Part shown: positions 26,038-34,936 of the stretch, in pieces
How positions within the stretch are numbered: the first letter of the stretch is position 1
Layout of the letters: each line of letters opens with the position of its first letter
IMG/VR virus record: IMGVR_UViG_3300021057_000003
Location: 1-50,370 of that record
Direction: 5' to 3' (one strand)
Source of the DNA: a virus
Taxonomy: Duplodnaviria > Caudoviricetes
DNA length: 50,370 nucleotides
Notes under the pieces: generated by a model
The model's input: the letters and a program-made list of their open reading frames with translations, nothing else
What the model was told of the DNA's origin: nothing
Database searches by the model: none
Position numbers and translations under genes: made by a program

Positions 26038-26886
26038 ATGGAAATAAAACAGGAGGGGAATGATTGGTTCGCCAAGAAGAGCAAGAAAGCAAAGCGCTGG
26101 GAGCGGGTGACTGACATCATTAAGTTTGACGGTGATCTCTGTTCGGTGATGGGCCGGGCGGGCATGACCGACTTCCATGCGTACCTGGGTCGGGATGGCG
26201 ACCGTTGGCTGGAGATGTATGGGGTTACGTCCCTCCTCAACTACTGGGGAGAGAAGGAGAACCTAATTCAGTGGGCTGTGACGCAGGCTATTGAGTGCAT
26301 TCAGAGCCATCCGTTGCTGACGAATCCACTGGTGAGGCCAGAGTACGTTGTGGAGTTGTTACCTCTTGTCCTCGAAGAAGCTCGGAAAGCCCACCTCACG
26401 AACCTCAAGACCGCTGGCGACCACGGCACGAAGATGCACTCCGCGGTAGAGGAGTGGATTGAGATCCGCCTGGCAGGGACGATCATGGATGCGACCGAGC
26501 ACCACCAGCTTCAGGATTTCATCCATTGGGCTGAGCCAGTGACGTTTCTTGCGTCCGAGAAACCCCTCTACTCTCGCCGTTTGTGGGTAGCGGGGACCAC
26601 GGACTTCATCTGCGAGATTGAAGGGAAGAAGTTCATCGGAGACTTGAAGACCTCTCGCTACGCATCCTTCAAGCACTTCCTCCAGTGCGGAGCTTATGCA
26701 CTTATGTATGAGGAGATGGGCTTGGGGAAGATTGATGGCATCGTCATAGCACACATGCCGCGAGATGGTGGATTCAACGTCCTTATGGACATCGAGGTTG
26801 AGAAATACAAGCGAGGCTTTGAGATGATCGTGGAGCTCGCTCGGATGGACAAGGATAAGAGTTACTCGCTAGGTTTTGGCAAATAA
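26038..26886 (+). CDS. PD-(D/E)XK exonuclease (recombination)
   Basis: GVTSLL...GT.MH..VE...SEK.LYS...AGTTD...DLKTS...Q..AY. Confidence 0.85.
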   Translation: MEIKQEGNDWFAKKSKKAKRWERVTDIIKFDGDLCSVMGRAGMTDFHAYLGRDGDRWLEMYGVTSLLNYWGEKENLIQWAVTQAIECIQSHPLLTNPLVRPEYVVELLPLVLEEARKAHLTNLKTAGDHGTKMHSAVEEWIEIRLAGTIMDATEHHQLQDFIHWAEPVTFLASEKPLYSRRLWVAGTTDFICEIEGKKFIGDLKTSRYASFKHFLQCGAYALMYEEMGLGKIDGIVIAHMPRDGGFNVLMDIEVEKYKRGFEMIVELARMDKDKSYSLGFGK

Positions 26887-27100
26887 AAAAATGAACATAG
26901 ACATCAGTTTGGCGAACGGGTGGATGGGAGGATACTTCCCTCTCATTGAAGGTGCGATTGTGAGAACAGAAGAAGGCTGTTGGTGCGCGGGAGTGGGCTT
27001 CTGCGGCTTCTCACTTGTTATCGGAATCCACACTCACGACTTCGATTAGTACGCGACCGCAAGTGTCGTTAAACTACGGTTAATAAATAGCACAAGTAAA

Positions 27101-27703
27101 ATGATTAAGGCACCAAGTATGCAAAGTGAAGCAAAGGAGTTAGTACCAGCAGGAAACCACATTGCACGACTTTTTAAGATCGTGAACATTGGGACAGTCG
27201 AGACACCATTTAAAGATGAAGAGACCGGAGAGCCGAAGGTGCAGCCTAAGGTACGGCTGTATTTCGAGCTTCCGCTCAAAACACGCACATACAAGCAGGA
27301 TGGGGAAGAGGTGACGACACCTCATGTCATTGGGAAGAAGTACACCCTCTCCCTTTTCAAAGGAAAGCAGGTTGCAAAGCTTCGCACCGTTGCTGAGGCC
27401 ATGATTGGCACAGCCCTCACGGATCAGGAAGCGGAGAACTTTGACGTTGAAAGTCTTCTTGGCCTTCCGTGTATGGTCCAGGTGACGCACGAGAAGCTGA
27501 AGGACGGCACTGAGTACGCGACGATCGCGAACGTGGCGTCAGTTCCTGAGGGAATGGAAGCTCCAGGCCAGGTGAATGCGTCAGTCGTGATTGATGTGAA
27601 CACCGCAAGTCAGGAGGAAATCGGAGCCCTCAATGAGTTCATCCGAGCTGAGATCGAGAGTTCGGCAGAGTACAAGCAGCGATTTAGCAGCGTAGAACTC
27701 TAG
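27101..27703 (+). CDS. Phage ssDNA-binding/replication protein (NGO0469-like)
   Basis: LVPAG.H.AR...IV.IGT...FELP...YTLSL...LR...FDV.SLLG.PC...V; follows the exonuclease. Confidence 0.7.
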   Translation: MIKAPSMQSEAKELVPAGNHIARLFKIVNIGTVETPFKDEETGEPKVQPKVRLYFELPLKTRTYKQDGEEVTTPHVIGKKYTLSLFKGKQVAKLRTVAEAMIGTALTDQEAENFDVESLLGLPCMVQVTHEKLKDGTEYATIANVASVPEGMEAPGQVNASVVIDVNTASQEEIGALNEFIRAEIESSAEYKQRFSSVEL

Positions 27704-27980
27704 GTATGCTATTGATAGGTTGGACCGTGTTGGTACTCGCTTTTTGGAATGTCTGGTTGACGATTGAGCTGATAACCTGGACTGGAGAGCAAGATAATCC
27801 ACCAAAAAAGAAGCGTGGTCGTCCACGGAAGAAGTAGTATGGAATACGCCGTCTACGATGGGGTAAAGAACAGAGGAGAGTTCGTTGCGCAGATGAAACA
27901 TAAAGGGTGGAAGATTGTTCAGTACAAGAAGACAAGTAAAGGATGGGCGTTTGTAGTTGAGCGTCCAACCGGAGCGGAAT

Positions 27981-28010
27981 GAAAAAAGCCCCCAGACTCG
28001 GGGGCTTTTC
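27981..28010. terminator. Bidirectional terminator between convergent units
   Basis: AAAAGCCCCC-AGACTC-GGGGGCTTTT. Confidence 0.8.
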
Positions 28011-28451
28011 TTACTGCCAGCATTTGCGGCTCGCGTTCCAAGGATTCTTTCCGCTCTCGTCGTAGAGCTTCCTGGCGAAAGCGATGTTCACCTTAGGGTC
28101 ATACAAGTCCAGTCCGACAATCCGAGCACTGTGGCTCGGGACATGAATTTGATATATCCCATGGTCATTCGTCGGGCCTTGTGCGGTCGGAATAAGTCCT
28201 GATTCGCACCTGGCCACCCTGAGCATCGTTTCTGGCTCTTCAGGGAAGGTTTCGCGGATCATCTCCGTGATCTGTGCTTCGTTGTAAATCAGCTTTATCT
28301 GAATCACCTCCCCCAAATTTGGTTGTTCTACGGCTGCATACACGAATTGTGTTTGAAATGTATGCGGGTACGCCGCGAAGTGTGTGTCTATGAGCAATCC
28401 TCCCAAAATGCCTAAGATGAGTCCTGCACCAATTACTTGGCGTCGTATCAC
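28011..28451 (-). CDS. Membrane-anchored lytic transglycosylase (SLT/Rpf-like)
   Basis: VARCESG...GIYQI...NI.FA..LY...G..PW; N-terminal TM segment. Confidence 0.85.
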   Translation of the reverse strand: MIRRQVIGAGLILGILGGLLIDTHFAAYPHTFQTQFVYAAVEQPNLGEVIQIKLIYNEAQITEMIRETFPEEPETMLRVARCESGLIPTAQGPTNDHGIYQIHVPSHSARIVGLDLYDPKVNIAFARKLYDESGKNPWNASRKCWQ

Positions 28452-28529
28452 AAAGGTTTGGTCTTATCTGCCTAACATCCGAATTAACGAATGGGTGTGA
28501 TGCTGTCACCACCTTAGTCAGTATACCGT

Positions 28530-29165
28530 CTAGTTGATCTGACTTGCTTGGTTATCCACACACTTCCAGTAGTAGTTATAGGCGCTCGGTATGCGGCCCT
28601 TAACGCAGGAAAGTATATTGCTGGCTCCAACAGGACTGCCAGAAACGGCGATTGCCGCATCGGCATAGGTTGTGAAACGGTTAAGCTCTTCACCAGTTCT
28701 GGTGAGTTGAATAATGTTCTTGACGGTTTTCCGCCTTCCTTTGCGAGCGCGCCTAGTGTTTTCAGAAACAGTCAGCCACCTCATGTTGTCTGCTGAGTAA
28801 TGGCCCAATGGGTCTATTCTGTCGATGCTTGGCGCTAGGTAACGTGGTCGTCCAGCCTTGTCCCAAGCTTCAAACAATGTCGCCAATTCCGAATTGTCGA
28901 ACAACTTGAGGAACTCGTCTCTCGTTATTCTTAATTCGACATCGACATATGGTGGTATCTGTTTCCTGGTACTGATGGACTTCCATCGTGATTGAAGCAG
29001 CATCTCCTTTGTACAAACTGCTTCGAGTCGTGAGCGCGAGGAAATTCTCCTTCGATCAGTGGTGCACTGGATACAGCGTGAAAAAAGACCGCTGGGAGTG
29101 CGCTTATCTTTATAAAAATCATCTTGGGCTTTCTCTACGCCACATCCTCCGCATTTCTTTAACAT
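28530..29165 (-). CDS. HNH homing endonuclease with NUMOD1 domain
   Basis: KKCGGC...CIQC; PSIDRID..GHY...N.RW....EN; C-terminal I..C..G...SAY.Y.W. Confidence 0.85.
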   Translation of the reverse strand: MLKKCGGCGVEKAQDDFYKDKRTPSGLFSRCIQCTTDRRRISSRSRLEAVCTKEMLLQSRWKSISTRKQIPPYVDVELRITRDEFLKLFDNSELATLFEAWDKAGRPRYLAPSIDRIDPLGHYSADNMRWLTVSENTRRARKGRRKTVKNIIQLTRTGEELNRFTTYADAAIAVSGSPVGASNILSCVKGRIPSAYNYYWKCVDNQASQIN

Positions 29166-29236
29166 ACCTATACATTATAAGATAACGATATGTAGTATGC
29201 AAATAGTCACCCCTGTGGGTGGATGATTGGCTCGAT

Positions 29237-29381
29237 TGAGAGGGCAAGGATTTGACGAGCCAGGATTGGACCTGAATCTACTCGTATAGTCACCTTGCAT
29301 GAATCTCTACGCTAGCGGGTTTGGCACCACCGCACCCCAAGAGACTTTTCAGTGAGCGTCTACCTATTCCGCCACCTCTCA
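29237..29381 (-). ncRNA. tRNA-Leu-like RNA copy 2, with the same T-loop insertion
   Basis: TGAGAGG/CCTCTCA acceptor stem, D-arm TGGCGGAATAGGTAGACGC, T-stem GCAAGG...TCAAATCCTTGC. Confidence 0.7.
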
Positions 29382-29513
29382 GTTGAAACAATCATCTATG
29401 GTGAGAAAAGGGTCACGCCCACAATCTTGAAAAAGAGGCACGACCCCACTCTACTCCTCACCTTCACTATTTTCTCATGTGGGAGTTATTCCACAAGTCT
29501 TGACTGTGGATAA

Positions 29514-29699
29514 CTATGCTTGCTTGGTATTGAGGTACTTGGAGATTTCACCAAGGATCAGAGACGCTACTCCTACCACGGCTGGTGAGAGGTCAAACAT
29601 TCCGAGATTTGCTGCGGTGAAGTCCACTGCTACTACGACGACTGCTGCTCCGAGACGCCAGAAGAATGACTTGAGGCGCTTCATTAGTTGTTCACTCAT
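29514..29699 (-). CDS. Holin-like two-TM protein
   Basis: KRLKSFFWR...GLILGE-like motif; lies next to the endolysin candidate. Confidence 0.65.
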   Translation of the reverse strand: MSEQLMKRLKSFFWRLGAAVVVVAVDFTAANLGMFDLSPAVVGVASLILGEISKYLNTKQA

Positions 29700-29779
29700 A
29701 CGACGAAAAACATTATTTGAAATAAGATTCCCGTCGCTATGACTGCTGCGTCCGACATGTACTAATGGTAGCACGCAGG

Positions 29780-30949
29780 TTAGCGCACTCTTTTGTACAT
29801 GTGGATAGTGAGTCCATGCCCCAAGTGGAAGTAGTTGTACCAGGTCATCGGGTCGTAGTTGATTTCGAATCGTCCTGTCTTGCTGTTATTTGATGCGATG
29901 ACGTTTCCATTGAGGAATATGCCGGTGTGCCCTGTCTTTTTCCCTACGGTGGGAGAGACGATGATTGCCTCAGGCTCGGGTTCCCAGATTTCTACGTACC
30001 CGTTCTTTGGGTCCTTGAGCCAGTCATTCCACTTGATGGTGGAGAGCATGTGCGGCACCTCCGGGTACACCTGGCGCAGCAAGGTCGTCACCGTGTCCAC
30101 ACACGCAAGGCTGTCTGGTGCGCTGTCCAGAGGGCTTGCATCCTTTCCGAGCTGTGCATAGCAGAGGTCGAGGAGGTTTTTCTTGTTGGTGAGCATGTTG
30201 ACGATTGATTGAAGTAGGGTGATGTGTTTCTTCTGGTACTTAGGGTCCTTGCGGTTGATCCAGATGCGTTTGGCGCGACGTATCACATGCTCTGGATGAA
30301 GGATCTTCCGGGAATGATCGTAGGTGTCAAAGACGTACATATGCCCATCTTGGTCGATCTTGTAGAGGAGGCACCAATGGGCACTGCCTCCGCGGTCTGA
30401 GACGTACAGGTTGTCAACCTTTCTCCACGCCTTCACCGACACTGCGATCGGTGAGGTTTGGAGCGCCTCCCGAAGGACCTGTCTCCAGTTCTCAGGCCGG
30501 TTAGTCCAGAGCCACTCGTGCATGAAGTCGTGTGTGTAGGCCCAGTTGAGACCCTTAGCCTTCATGGAGCCGGTGATCGGCGTTTCCATGAGCTCCTTTG
30601 CGGAATTGGGAAACGGAAAGACAGCCTGGTCTACGAGTCCGTGCTCGCGGATTGCTTCGTAGACTGTGTGGGGATTTGCCCCGGAGCCAGGCTTCAGTCC
30701 TGCCAGGCGGAAGGTAAAGGCGTCTGAGTAGTTCGGCTCTTCGCCGTAGAGGCGCTTGTAGAGGGTTTCAATCTGATTGAGTCCACCAAAGACGGCGCAT
30801 CCAGCGCTCTCAAATTTTTCTGCCTGGGGTTCGTACTTGGGGAGATATTGCTCCCAGTTGCCATCTGATTGGTATGGGATCTTCGGGACTTTAGACTGAC
30901 CAAAGACGTACTCCCCTACTTCTACTACCTTGTCGAGAAGTCCATACAT
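29780..30949 (-). CDS. Papain-like (C1) peptidase plus C-terminal NlpC/CHAP-like domain; probable endolysin
   Basis: Q...GCAVF...H.C...DTY; second domain LAC.DTV...GHTGIF...SNNS. Confidence 0.7.
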   Translation of the reverse strand: MYGLLDKVVEVGEYVFGQSKVPKIPYQSDGNWEQYLPKYEPQAEKFESAGCAVFGGLNQIETLYKRLYGEEPNYSDAFTFRLAGLKPGSGANPHTVYEAIREHGLVDQAVFPFPNSAKELMETPITGSMKAKGLNWAYTHDFMHEWLWTNRPENWRQVLREALQTSPIAVSVKAWRKVDNLYVSDRGGSAHWCLLYKIDQDGHMYVFDTYDHSRKILHPEHVIRRAKRIWINRKDPKYQKKHITLLQSIVNMLTNKKNLLDLCYAQLGKDASPLDSAPDSLACVDTVTTLLRQVYPEVPHMLSTIKWNDWLKDPKNGYVEIWEPEPEAIIVSPTVGKKTGHTGIFLNGNVIASNNSKTGRFEINYDPMTWYNYFHLGHGLTIHMYKRVR

Positions 30950-30955
30950 ACCCTC

Positions 30956-31213
30956 CTATTTCTTAAAGACTGAGTAAACGACGAGGGCGACGGCTGCGAG
31001 TATGTAAAAGATTCCGCCCTTCCCCCACTTGATGAAACGGTTGATGGAGTTTGCCGTCTGAAGGAAGTCAATGACAGGGCTCACGGTCTCGATGTGCGAG
31101 TCAAGGGTTGCCTGGATCTTGTTGATCTTCCCATTGACAACACGCTCTACAACTGGTGGAACTGTCGCTTCTACTGCTTCTTTTATTGCTCTTGTAATCT
31201 CATCTTTGGTCAC
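30956..31213 (-). CDS. Small membrane protein (lysis region)
   Basis: VNGKI.KI; C-terminal TM segment. Confidence 0.6.
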   Translation of the reverse strand: MTKDEITRAIKEAVEATVPPVVERVVNGKINKIQATLDSHIETVSPVIDFLQTANSINRFIKWGKGGIFYILAAVALVVYSVFKK

Positions 31214-31246
31214 GTTACCTATAAGTTTATCATGCGTAATAGCACG

Positions 31247-32062
31247 TTATTCGAAGATGATTACGTTGTTCAGCGCAGTTCCAGCGGGGGCATCGGGGGC
31301 ATCCCACGGGAGACCTGATCCGCTGTTGTATAGGTCGGTGATTTCTGCGCTGGTGAGTTTCTTGTTCCAGATGCCGACTTCATCAATGAGGCCATCAACG
31401 TACTCGCTCTGTTGGCTATTGGCTCCAATCTCGAACTGACGAGAAGAGTTGAAGGTGGAGGTTCCGAGGCCGGTGACGGTGCCGATACTGGAGCCGTTCA
31501 CAAAGAACTCCACAGAGCCAGCAGCCGCGTCGTAGACCATGGCGATGTGATACCAGGTGGCTGTGGTGAAGGCATGGTTGCGGTAGTTATTGGTCGAAGC
31601 AGAGCCGTCTGCCGAATGATTCATTCCCAAAGACAGTACGTTGCCGGAATCGCGCGCAATGCCAAATCGGTATGCTCGTTGGTTCGAGGTGCTTGACCAC
31701 TTGGAGATAACGGGGTCCATCGTGAATGCCCCAGAAGGCAGGCTCTCAGGATTGGTCCAGGCAGCAATAGACATGTTTCCCGTGATGTCGAGTCCGGTCT
31801 GCGAGGCATCAAGGATTGAGAGGTATTCGGAGGTGTCCTGTTCATGATCGCTTGCGTTCCCCTGCTTCCCTGTTCCGAAGAGGACGGTGTTGTTGTCGGT
31901 GAGGTGGTTCGTGGAGTCGGAGTCATTGCGCGTACCTGAGGTCTCTTCAAGTCTCCAGTACGAGACGAGGTTCACCGGCAGGTTCGGATCGTCCTTTACA
32001 TCAGTCGCAGCAAAGGAGGCGAATGGACAAAGGAGTGTGAGAAGGAGAAGAAGCTTTTTCAT
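31247..32062 (-). CDS. LamG/concanavalin-A-like domain protein with signal-like N-terminus
   Basis: LVSYWRLEE...WYHIAMVY...FVNG...GLIDEVGIWNKKLT..EI..LYN. Confidence 0.88.
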   Translation of the reverse strand: MKKLLLLLTLLCPFASFAATDVKDDPNLPVNLVSYWRLEETSGTRNDSDSTNHLTDNNTVLFGTGKQGNASDHEQDTSEYLSILDASQTGLDITGNMSIAAWTNPESLPSGAFTMDPVISKWSSTSNQRAYRFGIARDSGNVLSLGMNHSADGSASTNNYRNHAFTTATWYHIAMVYDAAAGSVEFFVNGSSIGTVTGLGTSTFNSSRQFEIGANSQQSEYVDGLIDEVGIWNKKLTSAEITDLYNSGSGLPWDAPDAPAGTALNNVIIFE

Positions 32063-32433
32063 GTTGAAGTGGCGGTCTTAATGACAAAGGTGTTCTCTTC
32101 TGCGTACGCACCGACACCGATCGAGACAGTCTTTCCGGGGTAGGTCACGATGATCTTGTATCCCTCCCCCGCTGGGCCGCTCTGCGTATCTACCGAGACA
32201 TTGCGCGGGATCTTTGTGGTGAGGGTTCCGTCTACAGGAACACCATTCACCACTTGGACATATCGTCCTTTCGACTGTTGTTCCGCCATGAGCTCTTCGA
32301 TGCGGGCTCTGTCTGAGGCTGACAGTTCGGCGGTAGGCTGGGCTGCGCCTTCAAGGCCGTACTGTTCGAGGGAAATCACTGCCGTCCCCGCCACAATGAG
32401 TGCTATGCCGATGTAGTAGAGAAACTCCCGCAT
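32059..32433 (-). CDS. Hypothetical protein with N-terminal TM segment
   Basis: ORF track; ATGA coupling. Confidence 0.65.
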   Translation of the reverse strand: MREFLYYIGIALIVAGTAVISLEQYGLEGAAQPTAELSASDRARIEELMAEQQSKGRYVQVVNGVPVDGTLTTKIPRNVSVDTQSGPAGEGYKIIVTYPGKTVSIGVGAYAEENTFVIKTATST

Positions 32434-32436
32434 ACA

Positions 32437-34038
32437 TCAGTCAGCAGTTAGGCTTTTAGAGACGGTGCAGCTAATCGAGGTCGGGCTTGAGGCAGCGGTT
32501 CCGACCCGGGCATAGCGGGGCTCCCCAGCCGTGAATGTGTTGTTCGACGAAAGTGTGTGAGTGGGGACCGGGTTCTGTGCAGACACCGCCTTCGAAGTTG
32601 TTGCATTTGTGAAGTTGGTTCCGTCACCAAAGTCCACGTTGACGGTGCCGGTGTCCGTAAAGCACTTCACGGCATTCCAGGTCTCAGCGACGAATGCGGG
32701 GCCAAGCGGAATGGTGGTCGTTCCGGTCCATGCTGTTGAGGTTGAATAGGTGAAGGAGGGATAGAAGTTGCCGTTGCCGTATACCTTCTTCGCTGAAGCG
32801 CCAAAGCACACGAGCTGGTCTGAGGTCGTGTCGATTGCACACTCTCCAGTTGCATCGACGGTAGGTGCTGCTCCGTTCGGTATCTCAAGCGAGGTTGCAT
32901 TTCCGAGGTCCCACACACCTGATCCGGTGAGAAGGCCAGCAAGAGCCGTGAAGGCGGAGTGATAGAGGCTCGTTACAGTAAGGCCAGTCGTTGAGGCTTG
33001 GGATGTGGACGCGAAGGTGAAGAAGCTATTTCCAGAGACGGTGAGGGCTGTTGAAGATGCGTAGGCAAGCGTAGATGAGGCAGTGAGACGAAGCCCTGAA
33101 CCTTGTATCGTTCCTGTGAAATTCGGGGTGGCAGAGAAGACGACATTCCCCGTGCCGGTCTCGTCTGAGACGTAGGAAGCTATGTTCGCTGAGGTCCATG
33201 CCCCAGCGTCAACTGACGCGACATTGGTTGTGTAGGTGAAGAAGCCATGATCGCCGTTCGCCATTTCTGCGGCCGTAATGTCCGTGCCGAGTGAAGCCTG
33301 GAGGAGACCGCCTGTGTTTATGATCCCGGTCCCGGTAATGTCTGAGATGTAGTCCGCTCCGACTCCGAGGAGTGCAGTCTGGAAGGATGTAGAAGAGGTC
33401 CCCGTCGTAAACGTGAGTGCAGTACCAAGTGAAAGTGCATCTCCCGTGAGGACGATCTCGGTTCCATCTGCCGAGAGGTTCGTGTCGTCACTGATGTCGA
33501 TCGTTCCGCGCATGATGTCCTGTCCGCTTAGGGTGATGTAGTCGGGCGTCCCTGAGAGCGTCACCGCTGCGTGCGAAAGGCTGTACGCTGAGTCGTGCTC
33601 TTTCAGCCGTGTTGTAGTGGCGATCGCATAGCCTGAATCGAGCGAAAGAATTGCTGCACCGCCGATGAGCGCACGGGTGTTGCTGAGAGAGAGTCCGGTT
33701 GCGGTCGTCGTGAGTGTGCCGGTGGCGATTGATCCTATGGTCGATACACCCGTGGCGTAAACCACCTCACCAGCGACAAGCGGGGTGGTAGTGCTGATGC
33801 CGCCTGATCCTGAAGCATCTGTTCCGCATGAAAAGATCCCTGACCCGTCAGTGTCGACGGTGTTGCAGTTCGTGAGGGAAGGAATGCGAAGTCCCCAGAG
33901 GTCGCTTGCAGGGCGAAGCTTTGAGCTTGCCACGTACCAAAGACTTGAGCCTCCTCCACTGCCTTCGTTCTCCTGGTTGAAATAGAAGCCTCCCACCACA
34001 AGGGCAACTCCAGCTAAGAATGCAAAGATATTTTTCAT
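32437..34038 (-). CDS. Ser/Thr-rich fibre-like protein
   Basis: ASST/ATTT repeats (ASSTLAYASSTALTVSG) and N-terminal signal-like segment. Confidence 0.7.
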   Translation of the reverse strand: MKNIFAFLAGVALVVGGFYFNQENEGSGGGSSLWYVASSKLRPASDLWGLRIPSLTNCNTVDTDGSGIFSCGTDASGSGGISTTTPLVAGEVVYATGVSTIGSIATGTLTTTATGLSLSNTRALIGGAAILSLDSGYAIATTTRLKEHDSAYSLSHAAVTLSGTPDYITLSGQDIMRGTIDISDDTNLSADGTEIVLTGDALSLGTALTFTTGTSSTSFQTALLGVGADYISDITGTGIINTGGLLQASLGTDITAAEMANGDHGFFTYTTNVASVDAGAWTSANIASYVSDETGTGNVVFSATPNFTGTIQGSGLRLTASSTLAYASSTALTVSGNSFFTFASTSQASTTGLTVTSLYHSAFTALAGLLTGSGVWDLGNATSLEIPNGAAPTVDATGECAIDTTSDQLVCFGASAKKVYGNGNFYPSFTYSTSTAWTGTTTIPLGPAFVAETWNAVKCFTDTGTVNVDFGDGTNFTNATTSKAVSAQNPVPTHTLSSNNTFTAGEPRYARVGTAASSPTSISCTVSKSLTAD

Positions 34039-34039
34039 A

Positions 34040-34936
34040 CTACATCGTGTAGACGGTTAGCTCTGCGACCATTGAAGCCGTATCCGATCCAAGGTAGATC
34101 GTCTTGCGGCTCAGTTCCAGGCCGTCTTGTGAGCGGAACTCGCCATTGCCTACCGTGCCGTAAAGGGATGAGTCTCCCCCTGCGGGCATCTTCCCGGAAG
34201 TGAATGAGTAATAGAGTTTGCCTGCGGGATCGCGCATCTTCATGGTGAAGGACACGGTGTTCGCGGGGAAGGTGTAGCTGTATTCGGTGTTCGTTGCGGT
34301 GAGTGCGACGTTTGCGACTAGGGCAGTGGTAGCCAGGCGCATTCCCCCTCCTCCGAGTCCACCTGAGGACATCTTGCGTACCTGCATGTCATCGAGCTTC
34401 ATCGTGCTCGGCACATTGAGCTTGATGCTGTTTGTCGCGTCGATGAGCTTGGAGACGAGTGATTCAAGCTGTGCAGGACTGTTCTTCGCTACCTGCTCTT
34501 CTAGGTCGATGATTGACGTGGTGAGCTGCTCGATTGAACCGACGACAGGCGAGAGGTCCGTTGAAGGCGCTTCCACCTTCAGGTTCTTGATAGCGGTAGT
34601 GCAGTTCTTCGTCTCTGAGAGAAGCTGGGTGATTTTGCCGACAACTGCGGTGTTGCTTGCCTGGAAATCCGCGGCGGATACCTGGCTCTTCACCGCGTCC
34701 TTGAGATCTGAGACAACAGAGGAAAGAGACCGTACCTGGTCGGCTTGAAGCTTTGAGATTTCCTTGACGCCAGAGAGTGCGGTCGCCGTTTCCTTGAGGG
34801 ACTTCGCCGCACCGTCAAGAAGCTTCGAGGACTCTCCGAGGTCGATCTTTACCGCAGAACTCTTCGAGGCTAGCGTGTCGAGCTTGGCACCGAGATACTG
34901 TGCAACCTCTTTAAATAGCTGGTGTTGGTTGTTCAT
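34040..34936 (-). CDS. Structural protein (coiled-coil plus beta domain)
   Basis: Directly follows the portal. Confidence 0.6.
   Translation of the reverse strand: MNNQHQLFKEVAQYLGAKLDTLASKSSAVKIDLGESSKLLDGAAKSLKETATALSGVKEISKLQADQVRSLSSVVSDLKDAVKSQVSAADFQASNTAVVGKITQLLSETKNCTTAIKNLKVEAPSTDLSPVVGSIEQLTTSIIDLEEQVAKNSPAQLESLVSKLIDATNSIKLNVPSTMKLDDMQVRKMSSGGLGGGGMRLATTALVANVALTATNTEYSYTFPANTVSFTMKMRDPAGKLYYSFTSGKMPAGGDSSLYGTVGNGEFRSQDGLELSRKTIYLGSDTASMVAELTVYTM

Noticed and set aside
26038-26886. Cas4 / CRISPR adaptation gene
   Set aside because: No Fe-S cysteine cluster; the context (SSB-like gene, NinB/NinG) indicates a recombination exonuclease
27705-27837. Frameshifted AT-hook membrane peptide
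   Set aside because: Very short with an ambiguous start; a pseudogene, a sequencing error and a GTG start cannot be told apart
15584-29381. Canonical decoding tRNA genes
   Set aside because: No 7-nt anticodon loop on a 5-bp stem, interrupted T-loop and no CCA; reported as tRNA-like instead
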